Below the pieces are notes generated by a model that searched no databases, was not told where the DNA came from, and was given only the letters and a program-made list of their open reading frames with translations. 64,000 nt of DNA, taken from positions 18,834,795 to 18,898,794 of the forward strand of contig NC_092670.1 of the NCBI RefSeq assembly GCF_964355755.1. Direction: 5' to 3'. Each line of letters opens with the position of its first letter. Positions within the stretch are counted from its first letter, which is position 1. Source of the stretch: Antedon mediterranea (lineage: Eukaryota; Animalia; Echinodermata). This document shows, one piece after another, positions 9,847 to 21,153 of the stretch. Both the position numbers and the translations under genes were made by a program.

Positions 9847-11213
9847 ATGGTAGGTATAATAAATCCATAGCCTAGTTTTGCAATTTTGCTAAACTAGGCT
9901 AGGCCCCCTCTAGTAATACCCTGATCTGAAGAGTCCCGAGAAGAGGCCTAGTAGGGTATCCCCGACCGAGAGTAGGCCTAGACTAGTAGTAAGTAAAGTA
10001 GGCCTAGCCTAAACTATAAACCCCAGTATTGATTGTAGCCCGTGTAAGCGCGCGGTACAGTTAAGTTAGGCATAATGACTCTCTAGTTTGAGTGTGTCGC
10101 ATTAATTGTTATTCTTTGTTAAATAAAATGATTGCCAAAATAATAATTTAATATATTATTGGCCTATCTATTGATATTATTATATGAATAGGTTAGCCCT
10201 AATGATTATCATTTTGATATTTATAATTGAAAGTTTGCGATACACAACGTGTAAGCGGCAGGCCCTATAATTATTAATACTGTAATATAATTATAGTTCT
10301 GAATAAAATATACACTTTTCATGAGTGAGAAAGGGTTTTCTTTATAATTTTTATCAGGCTTCCGAAGAGGTAAACCCAAAGGCATTTCCACTGGCCGACC
10401 CACAATTGACGGTAACAATATTGGACTTGATTCAGCAAGCCTCAAACTACAAACAGTTACGGAAAGGTGCAAATGAAGGTACTGTAATTTAAGGGAAAAA
10501 CAGAAATAGGCCTATAGTTAATTTGTGTCAAAAAAAATATAGTGCGAAATACACTTGATAAATAATTGACAGGCTTTTTTTTTATTGTCTAACCAAACTA
10601 AACCCTTATATTAATATTAAATAATGTATTTTTGGTTTAAAAATTTAATTCCCTGCCAAATTCTGTGTTGATCAATCTTGAATGTTTATCAATTAACATG
10701 CTTTTTATTTAGCAACCAAAGCACTAAATCGTGGGATTGCTGAGTTCATTGTGATGGCAGCTGATGCAGAACCATTGGAAATTCTACTTCACTTGCCACT
10801 GCTTTGTGAAGACAAGAATGTGCCATATGTGTTTGTTAGATCCAAACAGGGTAAGTCCAAGATTATCAGTGACGACCGCCGCTGGTTGCCTAAACAGTGG
10901 ACCTTTTGCCGGGGGTGCATCCGCATCTCCCCTTACCAGCCTACATATTTCATTCTAATCCTTTGCCAGACTTTTGGCTCCAAATTAATATGATACAATA
11001 TAGACCATATCTTACCTATACATAATTATTGTTAAGGTGGATTACCAATAAGTTATTTAATCATTATCCTGTTTTATTATCTTTTCAGCTCTTGGCAGAG
11101 CAACTGGTGTGTCCAGACCTGTGATTGCGTGTTCAGTTACTATCAACGAAGGCTCACAGTTAAAACCGCAGATTCAGAGTCTGCAACTCAGTATTGAAAA
11201 ACTTCTGATTTAA
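9847..11213 (+). CDS. SNU13: NHP2-like protein 1 / 15.5K (U4/U6.U5 and box C/D snoRNP K-turn binding protein)
   Basis: Exons 9847-9849 (ATG), 10358-10478, 10713-10850 and 11089-11213 give [105 protein letters not shown]. Confidence 0.97.
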
Positions 11214-11893
11214 ACACCTGTCAAAAGATCTCTTCTGTAGGGGGAAGGTTTATTTTTAAAGTATTGTAAGATTTTTATTAGTGAACAGTGTAAGTAAGTC
11301 ATGGATATTGGAAATATATAACCATGATATTAATGTAAACATGTGTTTAGATGATTTTCTATTAAAAAAAAACAACATTGAATACTTTAGTGCTTGAAGA
11401 ACATGAATATTATTATACAGTATATATCATAATTTGTTTAAATTGTGTATTTTCACAGTTCACACATAAATTGACTCATCATTCAACGGTACAAGGCTGA
11501 TATTTGTTAAGCACCTTTAGTTAGAATTGTACATGACATACTTTACCAATATATATATAATTGCAACAAAAATTTAATACCTATGAACTTTGAAATTACC
11601 TGCCAAATAGAATACCCTGACTAGTACATTCACTATAATAATACCACAAACATTTAAATTCAAATAAATAGAATATAGCTTTGCTATTGGCATTATAAAT
11701 ATATTCATGGCTAGTATAATGTGTAAAGCTTGTGAAAGAATGGAATGTATAAATCAATTTGGTATCCCAATTTAAATCATTATTAACATAATTAACTGCA
11801 GTGTAACCATTAGTATATTTTATAATTCATAATTGCTAATATACAGTACATTAATAATTTATCTGTTTAGTATTAACTGTGTATTATAAATTC

Positions 11894-14800
11894 TTATTGT
11901 GCTATATTCAAGAAAGCTGTTTTGTATGCTTTTAATGCTTGCTGTATGCTAAGCAAGAAACCTTTTGAAAAAGGCAACAATGGGAAAGCTGGCAACCCAG
12001 GCTTGACACTGTCAGGCGACACAGGCTTGACACTGTCAGGCGATACAGGTTTAGTGCTGCCCGATGACGCCCCATCAACCTCAAGCCAATATTCAATTCT
12101 CTGGATTAGCTTGGTGTTATGTTTTCGACAAAAATCAATCACTTCATCTTTGAAGACTATAGGCGGATTAATCAGCATTTTCGTCATTGACTGAAAAGAA
12201 ATAAACAGTTTATTTATACAATATTATACAACTACATTCCCAGTAAGATTTGCTAATAAAGTAAATAAAGCATTGTATCAAAAGAAGAAAATTACCTTTT
12301 TTTACCAACCTAATTAATATGTAAATAAGCTAAGAGTGTCAAAAATGACATTATTCGTAATGAGTCTGCTTTTACGATAGTACTCCTGTATCTTCACTTT
12401 TGTTCATAATTATGCAATAAAGCGCTGTGGTCTGGTGGTAAGATATTCTTCATGTAAGCGAGAAGTTGCAGGTTCAAATCCTGCCAGACACATTTTTTCA
12501 TACAACTAAAAATACAGAACTTTCGTCAATGAGCTATGCTCGACGCGATTATAACATGTTCTGAATATGAACACTGTTTCTATAATTTGACAGTATGATT
12601 TATAAATGGACAGTAGACTCTTTAGGAATTGGTGTCATTCTTACAATTCTGCTAATTTGCATATTCATTAGGTTCATATTCTCTAAAATGCATTTGTAGC
12701 ATTGAATTATTACAATTATAGCAGTACCTGTACAACTTTGAGCAGAGTCATCTCGTTGTACATGTGACTGTTTTCTTCACCTAGACTTGAGCCACGATGT
12801 TTCTCAAATCCAGCTTCATTGTAATATGGTTCAGCAACTAAGATTAGCCCCTGCACGGAGACTAGCACCTGTAGCAGTGTGGATTTGCTATTCCACATCT
12901 CATCATGCTGCAGATAAAAATAGTACTAATAGATACTAATTTCCAAGTGAAGTATATATATATATATAAACACAACAGGCACAGAACATTAATTCCACAC
13001 CGTTCAGTGATATACTAAGATTGAAATAATTAATTTGAAACGATAAAGATGAAGGTATCTGTGGGAATAAGAAAAAGCCGCCCCAACCGAGATTCGAACT
13101 CGGAATATCTGGGTTGTTAAGTAGACTAATCTGTGGGAGCTTGTTGATGAACCAAGTGCTTATAAAAACAATTACAAGAGAACTGTATAAAGCATACATA
13201 CCTTGCCTGTCCATGTGCCAAGCAAACTGATGCACACTTTACCATCCTCGTACAGGTTAGGGTTAAGCCGCATACTGCAGTATGAATGGTAGTGGAGTAT
13301 AGGCGGAACCCTGGGGTAATCTGAAGGTAGTCGCACATCAAAGTGAAATAAAGCATCTTCATAGGGAGTGTTCTTGGGGCCTTCAATTAGTACTGAAAAC
13401 AAATCCTATAAAACAATCATTCATAACAATAGTTAATTACAATTTCAGTAGAAAACCCTCTATTAAGAAAACCTCTTCAGGGCCTAAAAAAGTGTCCTTT
13501 TAACAGGGGTTAGCCATATTGTTGAAGCATGTCACTGGAAAGTGTTCCCTTTTTAATAGGGTGTCCCAATTAGGGGCTCCAATGTATTATACTGTAAATA
13601 TTATTATTCAGTATCATACCATGCGATCTTCAAAGGCTTTCACTAAAATTCCAACTGGCAAGGAGCATTGCAAAAGGCTAATCTGTATAAATAAACAAAA
13701 GAGTTTATAAAGATTTCTTATGTCTTAATATATTATAATATATTAATTTGTCTCATCTATTAGTAGATGCCTTTGATTCAATTTTTCAATGACTTCATCA
13801 TTACCAGAGACAGGAATAATTGCATTTCACAAACCTCCTTTTGTACTGCAGATAAAAATCTCTTTGGCGCTATCGGCGTGTGAACAGATTTTGCGAATAT
13901 ATGATTTGCCGGTATGGTTTCAACACTAATAAATTCTGTAACGAAACAATTTTTTATGTAAAAATTTCATTATTATTAGATATGGCATAACTATTGGATT
14001 GCTATTAATCAAATACATACAATACTCTCTTTGCTAATAAATGCAATAGTTTTGATTGAACTTTACTACACCTTTCACACCAAACTTTGCAGTGATCTCC
14101 AAAACACCACGGAGAGACCCCATTCACATCGTTGTTTAATTTTACCTTTACTTTCACAACTCCGGAGTTGACTCCCTGGTGTGTCTAAACTCTAGAGTGT
14201 CTCCGGAGTATTGCGCGTTGGTGTGAAAAGGGTATAAAGGTAAAGGTATTCATATTTGTCCTCAAGCTTAACTGGAAACTGAGGAAATTCGGATTAGGCC
14301 CTCCACGGACCCACGACAGCCAGCAGTGCAGCGCCTACCAGATCAGCACACCGGGAGACGATCCCCTACTCTTTTCGAATAGTGTACCAAGTTCTTTAAC
14401 GTGCACTGTTAAGTACACGGGACCAACGGCTTTACAATGAGAGTAAAGCACCTTGCCTAAGGATGCAATTAGTATGGTACAGATAACCTCGAACCCATGC
14501 CTATCACATGCTAGTCCGATATTACCAGTCTCCAGTATACAGCACCCGCCGCGATTTCTAGACGGTCTCCCATCCAGAACACAACCAGGCCCAACGTTGC
14601 TTAACTTCGGTGATCTGACGAGAACCGGTGTTTCAACGCAGTATGGCCGTAATAAGTTGCATTACTTACTATCAGATTGTTCACTATTATCTGTAATACT
14701 TGTGGCTATTGCTGATTTGCCAACCTCATCACCACAACGTTTTGTCGTCTCGTATTCCGTCCCTACCATTTCGGTTTCAGAAACACTCAAATCCACATCA

Positions 14801-17800
14801 TCTATATCTATAGTACCTTTTGAGGTTGCATTTGCACTATCATATTTGTCCGATTCAGATTGATGGCATACACTTTTTGATGGTGTATCATTTGAGGTTA
14901 ATAAACGTGTTGTTTCATTTGGTTGGTTATGGTTTGCCTCTGTGATAATTTCTGATCTAGATGAAGTAGCTTCTCCTTCAATAGGCCGTGCATTAACAGC
15001 GTTTCTTTCATTTTGTTCATCCACAACAGAGTTGTCTTGCTCTCTAGTGCAAAAAGTTTAAGTTGAAAGCAACGGACGTGTCAATAATAAACACAGATTT
15101 TAGCGTCTTTCACATTTGCTCCGGTTCGGCAATTAATCTAAAAAATTAATTTTCATGTTGCGCCATAAAGTTATGCATCAATATTTTACTTGACATATGC
15201 GTAAAACCGCGAGACGCGTTGTGAAAATTTAAAGTCGCTAATTCTGTACACGAACACTGGAGCTGAATCAGAGCAAGTGTGAAAGAGGCTTTATTCAGTG
15301 ATAAATAACTGGGGCTTACGGTGTAGAATCCGGGTTCCATGACCTGAGGTCATAAGTTAGTAAGAGAACAATAGAGATACCACTCTATGTGTAACAAGAA
15401 GTATTATTCCAAGTGCTACATTAAAGTCTATTGTTTGATCTTACAAAACCTTGACATACAGTAGTGTATTTGAATATTGTTGTTTGTTCAAGAACATTAC
15501 ATATGGTAGAAGTGTAAGCTTGTCTCACATAAGCTTGTACACTATAGTCTGATCACAAGACTGATTTGCTTATTTGCTTGAATATTTGTTTTACTTTGTC
15601 TTTCAAACGAAAACACTGTACTTAATGATACTGGAAATGTAGTACCTGAATGAGTTTGTGGTGGTTTGGTCATCAGACCCTTCGCTGGCTGTTTCCCAAC
15701 TGCTCTCAGTTCCTTCAATTGAATGACTATCTAAATGCCATGTGCCTTCATCCTCTTCATTCTCTGACCAGTCAGAATCACTATCCTGAACATTTAAGTA
15801 TAAACTATTAATTATCTGACCAATCAGAATAATATGAAAATGACAATACTGTGGCTGGATCTCAATGAAGATACAAATAAAATACAGTAAGCCAAAAAAG
15901 CTAAATCAAAGTAAAACAGCCAGAATCAAGTGCATTGATATACTGTTATAAAAGTCACTAATTTATTTATTGATGGAGGTCATAATTGTTTTTGTTATTC
16001 CTACTAGTTTGTGTAACTGTTAAAATACTAGTTTGTTATTGCAGGCCTTAAAGTTTTATACTTACAGTATTTTATGTTTTAGAATTTACCTCATCTAACT
16101 TATACAGATCCTGCGGCAATACTGTTGTAGTAGTGTTGTCCACCCATACAACCTCAACAGTTCCCTCGGTATTCACCCATAGCACCTATCAAGAAGAATT
16201 ATAATTTAAACCAGTATTTACAGATTTATAGTTTTAATAATGTGTATTAATTTAGGCTTTACTTCAAACTGGAGATTACGGCCATGTAAGCATGGAAGAA
16301 TTTATTTGTTTACTAAATAATTCCTCCATAATGTAATAAATACTACTGACCTGACCAGCAGAAGGCAGTACCTCATGTAGGCCTTCTTGATTTGTGTCAC
16401 CAACCCGTACTACTATATCCCCTGTATTGAATGTGAAATCTGTGTGCGACATCAGATCATATACACTGCTTTCTTCTGTGTGTGTATACTGTGGTCTATA
16501 ATAAAGACATTCAATATTTATCTAGAGTACTTGGTATTGATAGCTATTTGTACGTTTACAAATAGGCCTATATTGCATGTTTTTATACTCTTGTTCAATG
16601 TGGCTAATCACAGAGATATACTCTATGGGCTAATTCACGCTAAAACGAACATAATATACACTTCAGAAAAGAACAGGCAATTGTCAATCCATCAATTATG
16701 TCAAACAACTTTAAAACAGACTAACATAGACTGGTCCTCCTGCATAGGTCTCTTGTACCAACGGACAGTACACGTTCTATCTTGATGGTTTGCACTTGAT
16801 ATCAGCCCATACACACCTTCTTCTATATCTACAATGGTAAAGAAAACATTAGTCACCTTCCTACAGGGTATTCTGTACAGATCATATTCAGAAATAATGT
16901 AGGAGATTGTCCTGATTTCAGTATTAAGGACCATATTGCAACAAAGAGCGATTACAATTTTATTTTAATATCCTACTTTCACTTTGTGAGACAAAGTCTC
17001 CAGGAAAGAACTCCAGTTCATCCATCTGATTCATAGGACTGAGTTGAGATGAGCGAATGTTCTTTTCAATTTTACCATCCTGCAGAGTAAAGGTATTCAC
17101 AAATTTAACATTTTGTCTAGTAAATGATAAGATAACTGTCCAACAGTGTCTGGTCGCATGATAGACAATGTGGCCATTGCATGATGTAAATTTTTAAAAA
17201 ACAACTAGTACTCACTTGCCAGATCACGTCAACAACAGTTGAAGTATGAGTGACCTCCACACAGACCTCCTCACCAGCTGTAACTGGTTGTCTCTTATTA
17301 CGACCAGATCTTGTCTTCACAGCTCTAGCTGTGCCAGACTTCTGGTGACCTTCTCCCCTTTTCCTCTCTGCACCTTTCTCTTTTACATCCAAATGCAAAT
17401 CATCTGTGCCTTTTATTAGACCCTCTATCAATGCAATCTGCTCATTGATTTCATTCCGTGACTGCAGTAGTTTGACAATATGCGGGTCCATTTTTTGTGG
17501 CTCACCACTTGTCTTGTTGATATCCCCTATTTTAGCAATATCCTCAGAAGCTGAAAGGAGCTGTTTATGTATGTCACGCAACAAATCCAAATCTAGTTTG
17601 CCATCAGTTTTGCCAAGTGGAATTGCACTTGCTTCTGCACTCTTTCCATTATCAGTATTGTCTTCTACAGATACACCAGATTCTTCTTTTGGTTTTTTAG
17701 TGTCTTCCTCAGAAGTCTCTTCCAAATCTATTTCTTGCAAGATATCACTAAGTTTGTTTACTTTATCAATCAATTCTGCTTTTTTATTCTTCTTCACTAT

Positions 17801-20383
17801 TATACTTTCTTCAACAATCTTTTGTGGACCTTGTTGATTTTCTTCTTTTTGATCTTCTTCTGTGACATCATTCTGTGGATATTCCTCTTGTGGACCTTTC
17901 TCTTGTTGATCTTTCTCTAGTGGATCATTCTCTTGCATATCATTCTCTAGTGGATCATTCTCTTCCGGATCTTCTTCTGGTGGATCTTCCTTCTGAGATT
18001 GTTTGTCACTTGTCTTTGGTGTAGTCTCTGGTTGTTTGAAGCAGTATAAGGATCCTAGTACCACATGTTGAGGGTGCACAATTTTCTCTGTTTTTACTGT
18101 GTACATTGCTTTATCTCCTATTTGTACACATGCAGCTTTAAACTGCTGAAGAACCTTCAATCTGTAAGAAGTATACATAAACCAAGGTGTTATCAACAGA
18201 ACAGGTTTTAAAACCTAGTCATTCCAATTAAAATACAACTTCACTACTCACTCTTTTAACGCATCACCTTCTATCTTCTTGTCTGGTGGCTTAAACAGCT
18301 CATCATTGTTAAATGTTTCATTTATACATAGCCCCCGTGTTTGCCAATGTACCTCTACACTTGTAACCTTAACCTAAAAAACAGAGAAAGATTAAATAAA
18401 TTATTTATACAGTAGGAACTGAAAAACTGTTGCCGTTTTGCTAAAAACTGTATATATCTAGTATAAACTTCTAACAGTTAGGTTGGAATTGTTCAAAACT
18501 TGTACCTTTTCAACTGTTCCTCTGAAGTTTGTCTTGTTCCCCATAATTGGTTTAGTACCCGATAACCATTTTGCTTTCTTAAACACTGATGATGGTCCAT
18601 GTAGAACCTGACCTGGATAGTACCCATCTTCGCCAGTGAACACGGAAAACTGTTGTATTGGAAATAATAAACAATAAAATTAGTAAAGTTAATACATGAG
18701 TGTTATTACACTATACTTTTATTAACTACTACAACAATACTCAGGTACAACAATGCAGTATTGCCTGAACTGCAAAGAGGTTTACTACTACTACTAATAA
18801 TAGAGATGTGCAAACATTGAATTGAAAATATTCTGACCTCTTCGCTATTATCGTGAACATCTGTCAACTTACTAGCGCCCTCATCAGTTACTATATATCT
18901 GAAATTATACACAGACAATTAAATTTTGTAACATATGGTAAAAGGTATTTTGTCCATACTTCTTTTGAGTATCAGTACACTTAACATTAAATTGGTTAAT
19001 CTTTCACTTACGTACTAATAATATACTGGTACAATTTAAAAAGCACTAATAGTTTACTGCAATTATTCAATCCAGTGATGGGTTCTTAAATCTAAATGTA
19101 CCTTGCTCCATTTTGAAGTTTAATGATAAGTTCCGAGGACACTTCACGTATGGTTCCTAACCAGTATCCAAACACTACATGGTCTCCATGTTGGAATTCC
19201 TGAAATAAGAATTGTTTTTATGTTAGCGTCGATATGACAATGATGATTTAAAGTACAGTACTTGAAAGCTAGGAGCAGGGGCAGGCTGGGATTCAGAATG
19301 GTGGGGAGGGACACTACAGTTAGGAATTTTACTCATTCAAGTTAATTTAAATACACCATTTGTATTAAATTAATGATTTTTTTTACATACCATAATTTGA
19401 TTAAGATCTTTACTGTCAACATCATATATCATCTGTTTTGTTTTGAAGATACGTAAGTGACACAGAATATTGACAGATTTGACAAATCCGCATTGCGTTC
19501 CACCACTTTTGAGTGAGTAGACAACATCACCAGGCATCAGACTACGATCGTATAATGTTATCTGTGTAAATAATGCAATAAATTACTACTTTACACGGGC
19601 ATCATCGGAGTACTAATTGGTCAGTTAAAACAGCTTATGTATGAACATTTTCTTAGTATCAAAGTGTAACACTGATTTGTTGCTTGCTTGGTTGGTTGGA
19701 GTTGTGGTGGTTTTGTTCAGGAGTAGGAGGAGCTGAAGGTTGTGGGTTCCATTTTCCTTGTACATTTTTTCTTTCATTTACAGTATAAAAATCCAATTCG
19801 GATTGCATCCCAGACTAGAGATTTTTTTTGTGGACCTGAGCTATCGTGTAATTTTTATGGTTGTGTGAACCTAGGTGGACACATCTCCTCCTCTCACGCC
19901 TCATCTATCAACTCGCTTCCACAATCAAAAAGAAAATGTCAAACTCAAAGTTAGATTAGAAATAATTCAATTCATTATTACTAGTGTTCCGATTTATTTA
20001 TTTATAAAACCACACAGCACAGGCATAGTCATAGGCTATAGCCAGGCTGTATCCGATATGGCCATGCCATACCCATCACACAATATTTATCTTATCCCCT
20101 CTAGCTAAGTAGGCTAGGCCCCTATGCTACTACTATTAGCTAGACCACCACACACAGCACAATGGGATCGTACCTTGCTGTCATCTACAACCTCCTCGTT
20201 GCCTTTGGGATACCATGCTACGCGTACTTGGCCTGGATTAACTCTTTCGAATTCTTCTTCATTGTCAGATTCTTCGTCACTGTCAAATGTTTCGTAGTTT
20301 GTCACAACTAATCCAAATTGGTATTTTCCACCTCGAAGCCTTTTAACAACAACATCTTCTACAAATAATTTCGCCATTTCCAT
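11894..20383 (-). CDS. UBE2O: E2/E3 hybrid ubiquitin-conjugating enzyme UBE2O
   Basis: Multi-exon gene, e.g. 20383-20174, 19561-19391, 19199-19102, 18898-18838, 18649-18506, 18373-18252, a large exon ~18161-17215, and a last exon ~12190-11894. It has [32 protein letters not shown] and a UBC domain [49 protein letters not shown]. The start could be the ATG at 20383 or 20377. Confidence 0.93.
11996..12050 (-). repeat. 24-nt coding tandem repeat (KPVSPDSV x2) in the UBE2O C-terminus
   Basis: caggcttgacactgtcaggcga repeated with a 24-nt period. Confidence 0.85.
12421..12500 (+). mobile_element. tRNA-derived SINE head or tRNA pseudogene
   Basis: A box TGGTCTGGTGG and B box GGTTCAAATCC are present, but the acceptor and anticodon stems do not pair well. 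Confidence 0.55.
12953..13140 (-). mobile_element. tRNA-derived SINE with (TA)n tail (same family as 61630-61836)
   Basis: ccgagttcgaatctcggttggggcgg...catctttatcgtttcaaattaatta...gtgtttatatata aligns with the copy at 61.6 kb. Confidence 0.8.
14067..14235. mobile_element. Small MITE (TIR ~CCTTTCACACCAA)
   Basis: tacacctttcacaccaa ... ttggtgtgaaaagggta, with internal ctccggag palindromes. Confidence 0.55.
14236..14654 (-). mobile_element. 5S rRNA-derived composite SINE (5S head, tRNA-like part, conserved core, ACCTTT tail)
   Basis: Minus strand 14654-14535 is 5S-like (TACGGCCATAC..GATCACCGAAGTTAAGC..TGGATGGGAGACCG..GGTGCTGTA). It is followed by a GGTTCGAG B box, TCCTTAGGCAAGG, CACGTTAAAGAAC..CGAAAAGAGTAGGGG..CCCGGTGT and ACCTTT repeats. 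Confidence 0.7.
16609..16627. mobile_element. 19-bp hairpin with 7-bp TSD (P-superfamily footprint-like)
   Basis: ggctaat|cacagag atata ctctatg|ggctaat. Confidence 0.6.
17825..17992 (-). repeat. 15-nt coding repeats (acidic pentapeptides) in UBE2O
   Basis: [40 protein letters not shown]. Confidence 0.8.
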
Positions 20384-21153
20384 TCTCTCTTTCAACACCA
20401 ACTCACTTTTTTCCAACGTTGTTTTTGTGTATGATGCTGTTCGCGCTGCTTCCGTACTCACTCAACCGTATCAGAGTTAATTTATTTAAATTTCGCCAAT
20501 ATATTCACTACAATTTTTTCAATGTACAATGTTTTCATTGTTTATCACATGCCCCTCTTTATATTATCCTCAATTTCAGCATATACAGTAGTAGCATACG
20601 TTTTTATACTGTTATGTGTGCAATTTTTATTTTTTTAAATCATGTGTACCCGTCAGTAAACATGACAATAAAAATTATCTTATCTTACATATGATACACC
20701 ATCGGATTTATACTGGTGTAATGTACAATGATTGTGCAATGTTGTTCTCATTATTAGGTTTTAGTCGAAACAGGGAAGATTTAAATTTCCTGCCCTAACC
20801 ATATAAAGGTACACCAATCACTTCAGTCTCCTCCACTTTTCAACCCAGCACACACACACCGGTTATGATGTTCAAAAGGAGACCAGTCTTTGACTGAAGA
20901 TGTTACCCAGTATAAAGAAATAACAAATCACTGAGGTTGCCTGCTTGATGGTACACAATGGCAAATGTATTCTTTGTGTTTGAAAAAGATCAGAACAACC
21001 CATTTTTCTAAACCATAATGTAACTAGTGTATACAGTATTGAAACAAACAAATCGACAACTTTTTTTTTCACAGAGTCATTTATTAAACTCGGTTCATAT
21101 CTGTACAATGATTTTAAGCACAGCCTGATGTTATTACTTTAATCGTATGCTTT

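Noticed and set aside
10880-10950. H/ACA snoRNA in SNU13 intron 3
   Set aside because: An ACA follows a hairpin, but there is no H box between hairpins and the structure overlaps the donor.
12421-12495. Genuine tRNA genes here and at 21490, 44138, 47197 and 61630
   Set aside because: A and B boxes are present, but the cloverleaf stems are broken or SINE bodies and tails follow.
14535-14654. Functional 5S rRNA gene
   Set aside because: Many substitutions and indels, no T-run terminator, and it continues into SINE core sequence.
15363-15397. Additional P-like footprints here and at about 50289 and 63768
   Set aside because: Hairpin-like, but the flanking 7-mers are not duplicated.
17406-17837. 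143-aa plus-strand ORF, and similar ORFs at 14453-14863 and 11922-12194
   Set aside because: Antisense shadows of UBE2O exons or SINE sequence.
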